The translations under genes were made by a program, and so were the position numbers. From assembly GCA_965223845.1 (NCBI GenBank), contig CBDCXR010000004.1:6048001-6112000 (forward strand): 64,000 nt of DNA, written 5' to 3'. The number at the start of each line of letters is the position of its first letter. Position 1 is the first letter of the stretch. A model generated the notes under the pieces. The model did not search any database. It saw only the letters and a list, made by a program, of their open reading frames with translations, and was not told the origin of the DNA. Below are positions 57,217 through 64,000 of this stretch, piece after piece. The stretch is from Planctomycetota bacterium (GTDB lineage: Bacteria; Planctomycetota; UBA8108; SXIK01).

Positions 57217-57555
57217 ATGCCTACACCGAAACCGACCTGGGAACCGGGTAAGCTCGAGCGGAATCAGCGCGAGCTGATCGGAATTCCGCGCTGGATCCAA
57301 AACATGATGGAACAGAATGCTCGGCCGTTTTCCGAAGAGTGCTTCTACGAAGGATTCTTCACGGGTTGGGACACGGCGACCGAGCAGTTCATTCAGGCCG
57401 ATATCTTCTATTCCGTGCATTACATTCTCGAAAAGAAAGGCGCGACCGACGACGAGATCACCGTCGCTCTCGATTCCCTTCGCAGCGGTCTCCCGGGGCG
57501 ATTGGGGTATACGAATGGACCGGGGGGGCCATCGACCGGGGGGCTATCTCCCTGA
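57217..57555 (+). CDS. 112-aa small protein
   Basis: GAGG RBS, 6 nt after the GT stop; MPTPKPTWEP...FYEGFFTGWDTA...GPGGPSTGGLSP. Confidence 0.7.
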   Translation: MPTPKPTWEPGKLERNQRELIGIPRWIQNMMEQNARPFSEECFYEGFFTGWDTATEQFIQADIFYSVHYILEKKGATDDEITVALDSLRSGLPGRLGYTNGPGGPSTGGLSP

Positions 57556-58536
57556 TCCAGTGAACGCGGAGCGGTCCGGCCACTCGAGACCGTACCGCTC
57601 CGCGTAATCGAACTCGGTACGCGTGCAATTCCTCAGCACGCAGTCTCGCTCGCGCGCGACGCTCTCCGCCCGCGATTCGAACTCCGCCCACGCTCGCTCC
57701 CAAGTCTCCGGTTCTTCCACCGACTCGGTGTAGCCGACCCACTCGTCGAATACCGCGTCCGAGAAGTTCTTTCTCGCCATGCGCAACTTATTGGCGAGGA
57801 CGCAAACTTCCGTGACGGTGTACCCCTTGAACTCGCTTTGAAAGCGGTGTCCGATCGCGACGCTACCATCGACGAGCGAGTCGTGGCCGCAGAGCCACGC
57901 TTTAAGTCCGAAGTCGATGTCTTCGAGGCCCCATTCCCGCATGTCGGCGTCGAAGCCGCCGAGCCGATGGTAGAGCTCTCGGCTCACCGCGAGGCTGCAC
58001 CCGATCGTTGCCGGGCATTCGAAGTACCGACCTCGCCGCGCTAGCTGCTCCTTCGGAATCCAGGCGCAGTCCATGTTGAGGAGGTTCATGCAGAACCCGT
58101 AGCCGGGAGCGGCGGGAGTGAACTCCCAGGTTTCCGGGTCGACGCCGGGGATTCGGGGGGTCACGAGTGCGCTTCCGCCGAGCTCTTCGATGTCGTCGAC
58201 CAGCTTCGCGATCGCTCCCGGCTCGGGCTTGGTGTGGCCGTCGAGAAACACCAAGGTGTCTCCTCGAGCGGCGCAGGCTCCCAGATGCTTCGTGGGCGAG
58301 GGGCCTCGACGCTTCCCCGATGAGAGGATGCTGATCTCAGGGAAGAACTCCTCTCGCCGCTCACGGCGGAGCCGGTCGAGCTCCGACTCGAGCGCCGCGA
58401 GCGATCCGTCGACGGATTCGTCGTCGGCGACGACGATCTCGTAGTCGAGATCGTCGATGGTCTCGACGCACGTCGTGACCGTTCTCCAGAGAAGATCCCC
58501 TTCGTTGCACGACGCGACGACGATGCTTGCACGCAC
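57544..58536 (-). CDS. GT2-family glycosyltransferase resembling the polypeptide GalNAc-transferase catalytic domain
   Basis: SIVVASCNEG, VADDESVD, GACAARGDTLVFLDGH (DxH), GGFDADMREWGLED, KAWLCG, IGHRF; GGAGG RBS. Confidence 0.88.
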   Translation of the reverse strand: MRASIVVASCNEGDLLWRTVTTCVETIDDLDYEIVVADDESVDGSLAALESELDRLRRERREEFFPEISILSSGKRRGPSPTKHLGACAARGDTLVFLDGHTKPEPGAIAKLVDDIEELGGSALVTPRIPGVDPETWEFTPAAPGYGFCMNLLNMDCAWIPKEQLARRGRYFECPATIGCSLAVSRELYHRLGGFDADMREWGLEDIDFGLKAWLCGHDSLVDGSVAIGHRFQSEFKGYTVTEVCVLANKLRMARKNFSDAVFDEWVGYTESVEEPETWERAWAEFESRAESVARERDCVLRNCTRTEFDYAERYGLEWPDRSAFTGSGR

Positions 58537-58775
58537 GATTCAGAATCCTCCGGCGAGACTAGAAAAACCCGGACGCTCATTCTAAACGTTCGCGTCAGAG
58601 CGGCCGCATCCGTCGCGGCTTTCGGGGAGGAATCGTGTGATTTCTGGGTCGATCTCGCGCGAGCTCGGCGGGCTCGCTTCGAGAGTCCGGTGTTCGTCGA
58701 AGCTTGACGACACTGGACAACCGAGCGATGCCGGCCAATCAAGCGTAGTCAATTCTAGGGATAAAGCGGCTCGCG

Positions 58776-58930
58776 AAAAAAAGAGCGGTGTCGGCGAGCG
58801 ACACCGCGACCACAACTAACTTCCCGCGTACCGCCGCGAGGCGAGCGGCGGCGATTCTGCGAGCGCTCCACGCAGTCGTTGGTGGAACGGGGAGGCGTCC
58901 ATCCTCTCCATCGTGGTTGCGGTCCGGCGT
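58776..58930 (-). ncRNA. putative structured RNA/leader with intrinsic terminator (element E2, paralogue of E1)
   Basis: Enclosing stem GACCGCAAC / GTTGTGGTC, then a perfect 9-bp hairpin GCGGTGTCG/CGACACCGC + TCTTTTTTT. Confidence 0.45.
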
Positions 58931-59093
58931 CCGTCAGGAATCTTGAAGTTTTTCTCGGTGCCACGGTAAATCGCTTTCAGGAAGAGAGTTACGAGTTCGA
59001 TCAGAGCGCGAATACGCGCTGCCGGCGTCGGGCCGAGGCCGCGCGATTCGAATCCGCGGACTCTCGACGCGCCGGTGGCGCCTACGGGACGAG

Positions 59094-59960
59094 CTAGCTG
59101 CAAGCGTTTGCTCCGCAGCTCGCCAGCCCGTCGGGGGTCGGGTCGAAGCCGCACTCGCGGATTCCGGGTGGAGGAACCGTGCCTTCGCCGAGAAAGAGCA
59201 CGTTGAAGACGCGGATCGCGTCCGTGATCTCGATTCGCCCGCTGTCGTCGGCGTCCGCGGCGTCGACGCACTCGAGCGGACCGACTCCGAAGAAGGTGTG
59301 ACGAAGGATGCGGATTCCGTCGGTGATGTCGACACGGCCGCCTCCGTCGGCGTCGCCGCGAATGAACCGGCGCCCAGTGAGCTCCAGCCGCGGCGACAGG
59401 GAGAAGTCGGAGCTTTTCATCGCCACGTTGTGGCCTTCGATCGCGATGACGTTGTCGCCGCTCTTCAGCACGGACCGAGCGATCCGGAAACGCTCCGGTG
59501 TTCCCGGTTCGCGCGCTTTGCGCGCGGGGTGGTTGTATTGGAACTCCTCGCCGCGAGCGCCCATCCCCGCTCGCGCGACTTCCCGTCCGTTGATGTACGC
59601 GATGAATCCGTCGTCGTAGTCGATCTCGAGAACGAGTTCCGTAATCGAAGACAATTCCGGAAGCACGAAGCGCTTTCGGATGTACACCGTGAGGTAGTTG
59701 AACTGCATGTCCGAGAGGACCGTAGTGTCGTCTTCGTCGCCGTAGCCGAATCCCGCGGGGCGATACTCCCAGCGACTGTCGTCAAATCCGGGCTCACGCC
59801 ACGCGGTCGACGGTTTCGACGGAGCCGAACGGCCGCGAAAGAGCCGCCACGTATCTTCGAGCGGGATGACGTCTTCCTGCGCGGATGCGGTCCCCGCGAG
59901 CAGAACAACAAGCGAGAGAACGTAGAGAATCGACGCGGCGAGACGATGCGACGTGGACAT
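59094..59960 (-). CDS. secreted galactose-binding-like beta-sandwich protein with C-terminal dockerin-I
   Basis: GGAGG RBS, signal peptide; WREPGFDDSRW..GFGYGD..YIRKRF..DYDDGFIAYING; FIRGDADGGGRVDITD. Confidence 0.88.
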   Translation of the reverse strand: MSTSHRLAASILYVLSLVVLLAGTASAQEDVIPLEDTWRLFRGRSAPSKPSTAWREPGFDDSRWEYRPAGFGYGDEDDTTVLSDMQFNYLTVYIRKRFVLPELSSITELVLEIDYDDGFIAYINGREVARAGMGARGEEFQYNHPARKAREPGTPERFRIARSVLKSGDNVIAIEGHNVAMKSSDFSLSPRLELTGRRFIRGDADGGGRVDITDGIRILRHTFFGVGPLECVDAADADDSGRIEITDAIRVFNVLFLGEGTVPPPGIRECGFDPTPDGLASCGANACS

Positions 59961-59998
59961 TGCGGCCTCCCGTTGGATCGCAGAAGTGGGACGAGTTT

Positions 59999-60028
59999 CA
60001 CTTCCGGATGAACGCGAGGCGTAACGCG
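59999..60028 (-). promoter_or_regulatory. shared upstream motif, copy B
   Basis: Minus strand cgcgttacgcctcgcgttcatccggaagtg; 24/31 identities to copy A by manual alignment. Confidence 0.5.
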
Positions 60029-60091
60029 CGAAGCGGCTGTTCGAGAGATTCGTGCGGTGTTCGATCGAATCGCTTCGAACGAGCGGAAGGG

Positions 60092-62167
60092 CTAGCGAGC
60101 GACCGTTGTCTCGATGAGAAGACGAACGAGCGCCGAGACGTGCTTGGGTGAGGACGCCGTGAGAACGACGCCGGGATCCTTCGCGCTGCGCGCGAGTTGA
60201 ACCTCTCCGCGCGACTCGAACTCGCGGTGCTTGAGGATCTTCGCGTCGGCGAGCACGTCTCGCCCTTCGCAGATCGCGCCGACAACGTGCCCGCGCTGAA
60301 GAAACGCCTCGGTCAACTCGCGAGCCACGACGCCCGTGGGGCTCTTGTGCGTGAACTCGTGGATCTTGCCACCGACGAAGATCGCAGCGTCGAACTCGCT
60401 CGCTTCGACCGTTGCGAGCGAAACGGTCTCGAGGGGCCGATCCTTCTCGCTCTTCTTGCCGCTCGGCTTCGCCCAACCGGCTTTGCTCGAAGCGAGGACG
60501 ACCTCGAGAGAATGTTCGTCGAGCGCGGATGCGAGGGCTCGGTAGTCGGACGAGCTAAACTCCGCATGAGGGAGGACGACGAGGATTCTTCCGGGGCCTC
60601 CGTTTGCGAACTGCGCCGGATGTCCGATGGGCGGTGCCTTCGCGATCGGCGTTGCGGGCTCGGGTTCAGCCGCTGTTTCGGGGCTCGACTCGACCACCTC
60701 CCCGGCTTTGGCGTTGAGTGGAGCCGAAGCGTTTCCCGCGATCTCTCTCCACGCCAGTAGTGTGAGCGCAACGCCGAGCGCGAGGGCGGTGGCCGCGAGG
60801 ACTCGGCGCGGCGTGGAGTGCGCTTTGAGGGAAGCGAGCGCCGACGGCCGGCCGCCGGCGAGAACGGTTTCGAGGTCGTCCGCCGCTTCCTCCATCGAAG
60901 CGAATCGCGCCCCGGGATCCTTCGCGACCATACGGCGGAAGACCGCATCGAGCTCTTCGCTCGCGTCTCGGCGCACGCTCGAGAGCGCAGGCGCGCTTCG
61001 TTCTCGATGAGCCACGAGCTTCTCCACGACCGTTTCGCCCGCGTGAAGGGGCTTTCCCGTGAGGAGGTAATAGAAGGTGCAACCGAGACTGTAGATGTCC
61101 GACCGAGCATCAGCGTTGCGGGAATTGAGCGCCTGCTCGGGAGCCATGTAATCGACGGTCCCCATCACCGTGCTCGTCGTCGTCATGGACGCGTGGCTGA
61201 GCGCGTCCGGACTTCGATCGAGAAACGAATCGAAGCGGGCGAGACCCAGATCGAGAACCTTGATCGATCCGGAATCGTCGAGAAGCAAGTTGTGCGGTTT
61301 CACGTCGCGGTGAACGATTCCTTGTTCGTGTGCGTACTGGAGTGCGCGGGCGGATTCGATCACGAGCCGCAGCGTTTTCTCCAAGGGAAGGGGGCCCTCA
61401 GACGCGACGACCTTGGCGAGATCTCTTCCCTCGATGAGCTCCATCGCGAGAAAGTGGATTCCGCCGGACTCGCCGGCGTCGTGCGCGACGACGATGTTCG
61501 GATGGTGCAGAGTGGCGACCGCGCGCGCCTCGCGTTGAAATCGCTCGACGTGGTCGGGAGATCGACTGCCGGAAGGATGCAGTACTTTTAGGCAGACGAC
61601 GCGGCCGAGGCGGCGGTGTCGCGCTTTGAAGATGCGGCCCATTCCGCCCTGACCGAGCTTCTCGAGGACGACGTAGCTGCCGAGGACGAGCCCCTTCCAG
61701 CGGCCGTGCTTGAGAATCGTCGCTTGGAAGGGGGTTAGTCGTTGGCGCCGGGTGAGCTCGCGCACGAGAGAGTCGGTGTCGCCGTTGGGGAAGGACTCTT
61801 CGAGACGCTCGATTTCGTCCGAAGCGAGTAGGTCGCTTTTTCGAAGGCAGTCGAGAAACACATCGCGCTCGACGGGTTCGACGCGGGGTCGGCGGTCCGC
61901 CTCAGCGCGGGCTCCGTCGACGCCCACCGCGAGGTTCCCCGCCCGGTCGATGAGTCTCCCGAGCATGGACTCCGCCGCAGCGTTGAGAGCCGGGACCGGA
62001 CGACGGAGCGCGCTCACGAGGTGGTCGCTTCGCACGAGGAGATCGTCGAAACGCGCTTGGCAGTTCGGGCACCCGTCCAAGTGTCCCGAAACGGAGAGCG
62101 CTGCCGAGTCGTCTAGCTCTCCGGTCGCGTAACTCGTGAGCGTCGCGTGATTCGGACAGTTCGCCAT
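60092..62167 (-). CDS. Ser/Thr kinase with N-terminal zf-HC2 (ZAS) anti-sigma finger, TM and C-terminal DJ-1/PfpI domain
   Basis: HLDGCPNC; GQGGMG, HRDVKPHN, DLGLA, GTVDYMAPEQ; TM; EFDAAIFVGG..GAICEG. Confidence 0.92.
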   Translation of the reverse strand: MANCPNHATLTSYATGELDDSAALSVSGHLDGCPNCQARFDDLLVRSDHLVSALRRPVPALNAAAESMLGRLIDRAGNLAVGVDGARAEADRRPRVEPVERDVFLDCLRKSDLLASDEIERLEESFPNGDTDSLVRELTRRQRLTPFQATILKHGRWKGLVLGSYVVLEKLGQGGMGRIFKARHRRLGRVVCLKVLHPSGSRSPDHVERFQREARAVATLHHPNIVVAHDAGESGGIHFLAMELIEGRDLAKVVASEGPLPLEKTLRLVIESARALQYAHEQGIVHRDVKPHNLLLDDSGSIKVLDLGLARFDSFLDRSPDALSHASMTTTSTVMGTVDYMAPEQALNSRNADARSDIYSLGCTFYYLLTGKPLHAGETVVEKLVAHRERSAPALSSVRRDASEELDAVFRRMVAKDPGARFASMEEAADDLETVLAGGRPSALASLKAHSTPRRVLAATALALGVALTLLAWREIAGNASAPLNAKAGEVVESSPETAAEPEPATPIAKAPPIGHPAQFANGGPGRILVVLPHAEFSSSDYRALASALDEHSLEVVLASSKAGWAKPSGKKSEKDRPLETVSLATVEASEFDAAIFVGGKIHEFTHKSPTGVVARELTEAFLQRGHVVGAICEGRDVLADAKILKHREFESRGEVQLARSAKDPGVVLTASSPKHVSALVRLLIETTVAR

Positions 62168-62223
62168 GGGGAGGACACACCCTCGTCGGCCGCCAGAATG
62201 AATTCAGTCCGAGGCGCGAAGCG

Positions 62224-62254
62224 CACCCCGGGATGAACGAAACGGCATAACGCG
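62224..62254 (-). promoter_or_regulatory. shared upstream motif, copy A
   Basis: Minus strand cgcgttatgccgtttcgttcatcccggggtg, between the ECF stop and the kinase start. Confidence 0.5.
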
Positions 62255-62263
62255 GACCGGTCG

Positions 62264-62896
62264 TCAATCGACGAGATCGCCGAGGATCGCGCGCAATCGT
62301 CGGCGAATGCGATAGTTCGCCTGGCGAATGGCTTGAGGCGTGCACTTGGCCGCGCGCGCGACGTCCACCGCGGATTTGCCTTCGACGACCACCTGCCAAA
62401 ACGCGGCCCAGTTTCGGGGACTGAATTCGCGACGGAGTTTCTTCAGCGCGCTTTGAACGACAATCGCGTTTTCATCCGCGATCGAGTCTTCGTCTTCGGC
62501 CCAGAGTGCGTCCCACCGATCGGTGGCGAGCGGGTCCGACAGATTCGCTAGTTGAACTTGTGCGTCCGTGCCGCCTTGCGCGATCGGTCGCTGGCTCTGG
62601 CGACGGAAATGATCGGCGATCTTCGACCGAACGATGCTGCGGAGCCAGCAGCGAAACGAACCGGCGGCGCGAGCGGGCTTGAATTCCCGGAGACCGGCGG
62701 AGACGGCGCGAAACGTTTCCTGGAAGATGTCGGCCGTGTCGTGGTCTTTCAGACCCGATCGCCTGCACCACCGATGGACGAGCGGGCCGTAGCATTCGAC
62801 GAGGCGGCGCCAGGCATCCTCGTCGCTCGACCGGGCGCGGGCGAGCAAGCTCAACGACGTGGGCGCGTTGTAGGGGGCGCCGGAGGGAGCAGCCAT
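62264..62896 (-). CDS. ECF sigma factor (kinase-associated, planctomycete type)
   Basis: PTSLSLLARAR..AWRRLVECYGPLV, DIFQETF, FRCWLRSIVRSKIADHFR, region-4 helix-turn-helix; start uncertain. Confidence 0.9.
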   Translation of the reverse strand: MAAPSGAPYNAPTSLSLLARARSSDEDAWRRLVECYGPLVHRWCRRSGLKDHDTADIFQETFRAVSAGLREFKPARAAGSFRCWLRSIVRSKIADHFRRQSQRPIAQGGTDAQVQLANLSDPLATDRWDALWAEDEDSIADENAIVVQSALKKLRREFSPRNWAAFWQVVVEGKSAVDVARAAKCTPQAIRQANYRIRRRLRAILGDLVD

Positions 62897-63314
62897 GACG
62901 GTTCGCGAAGGCGCTAGTCGGGGGGAAGAGGAAGTGGGGCGCGAGGGGATCACCGCTCGCGCGGCGGGACGGTGGCGGGCTCGATTGCGCTCGAGCGTCT
63001 TTCGAATTGTACGGCCGAACTCCGCCGAGAAGGAAAACTGTTCGCCTCACGCCGCGAACGAATCGCTAAGTCCGGCAGCGCTCCCATCGACGGCGTGCGG
63101 CCTGTTCGGGTCGCAGCCGATGGCGAGAGCGGGTGGAGATCGTCCGTCACGCGATCGAGCCTCGGTCGAGTCGAGACGGGACGAGCGCGCGGGGCGAATG
63201 CTCTCTGCGGTGGCGTTTTCGGCTGCTTGGTCCCGCGATAGCCGGACGGAGTCCTCGGGCGTCTCCGACCGCTCGCGCCGAAGTGGAAAGTCCTCGGGAT
63301 CACCTCAAACTACC

Positions 63315-63336
63315 CATGCCGCCGGCCGGCGGCATG
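63315..63336. repeat. perfect 22-bp palindrome upstream of the Y1 transposase (REP/IS-end-like)
   Basis: CATGCCGCCGGCCGGCGGCATG equals its own reverse complement. Confidence 0.6.
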
Positions 63337-63467
63337 CCCGACCCATGTCCACCGACTTTCGTCCCGCGGCCGGTACCGGGCGGACGACCGAGACCAAGAG
63401 TCCGGTCCGACGCTCGAGAAACGCCGGGGCCGAGAGGGTAAGAACGTGAAGTGGGAGGGAAAGAGAA

Positions 63468-64000
63468 ATGCAGCCGAGGCCGGTCTTCCCGGGATCGACT
63501 TATCTGATGACACGTCGCTGCGCGCAGCGGCAGTTCTTGTTTCGGCCGGACGAGCGGGCAAATCAGACTGCGGTGTACTGCCTGGCGTACGCGGCGGCAG
63601 AGACGGGAGTCCAAATCCATGCGTACGTATTTCTATCCAATCACTATCACATGGTGGTCACGGATCCAGGCGGAAAGATCGTCGAGTTCACCCACCGATT
63701 GAACCTGCTGCTCGCAAGGTCGTTGAATGCGCTGCGAAACCGCCGCGACAGCGTTTTCGACTGTTCGCAGGCGAGTCGAGTCCGAGCCGCCGAGGCGGGT
63801 GACGTCTTGCGGCAGCTCGTCTACACGTTCTGCAATCCCGTCTCGTCGGGACTCGTCGCGGACGCGCGCGATTGGCCGGGGGCGAGGAGCGATCCGTCGC
63901 AGTTCGATACGACGATTCCGGCGACCAAACCGGGTTGGTTCTTTTCCGCGAAGATGCCGAATGTCATCGCGCTCGAATTGACACGCCCACCGTGCTTTCT
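63468..64000 (+). mobile_element. REP-associated tyrosine (Y1/HUH, IS200-like) transposase, 3'-truncated by the window end
   Basis: Manual translation MQPRPVFPGSTYLMTRRCAQRQFLFRP...HAYVFLSNHYHMVVTDP...LVYTFCNPVSSGLV..DWPG; HUH motif and catalytic Tyr; GGGAGG RBS; absent from the ORF track. Confidence 0.88.

Noticed and set aside
58816-58911. 28-31-aa micro-ORF (MERMDASPF...) in E2, and a 27-aa Arg-rich ORF in E1
   Set aside because: The two peptides share no similarity and RBS spacing is poor; RNA structure explains the region better, though translation cannot be excluded.

Overview
GC-rich bacterial DNA, almost certainly Planctomycetota (inferred from two DUF1549/DUF1553 + DUF1501 pairs, three C-terminal dockerin-I proteins, a CRTAC1/ASPIC protein and ECF sigma factors paired with Ser/Thr kinases). 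I see about 40 plausible CDS and no rRNA, tRNA or CRISPR array. Most long opposite-strand ORFs in the track are high-GC shadows. Highlights: (1) a 5'-truncated SIR2-like/TIR gene coupled to a membrane-spanning nSTAND1 NTPase with Ig-like and FGE-sulfatase ectodomains; (2) a solo 1556-aa SIR2 protein with an apparently dead STAND module; (3) a ~10-kb cluster of ECF sigma, malectin/TPR receptor kinase, atypical heme peroxidase, two related small proteins, a GT8-like glycosyltransferase and a ppGalNAc-transferase-like GT2, flanked by two paralogous structured elements; (4) three sigma-54 promoter matches that appear to drive two ORF-less RNAs and a zinc-finger microprotein; (5) a 30-bp motif shared upstream of a ZAS-kinase-DJ-1 gene and a dockerin gene; (6) a RAYT/Y1 transposase running off the right end, absent from the ORF track. 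All domain calls come from reading motifs by eye; no searches were run.
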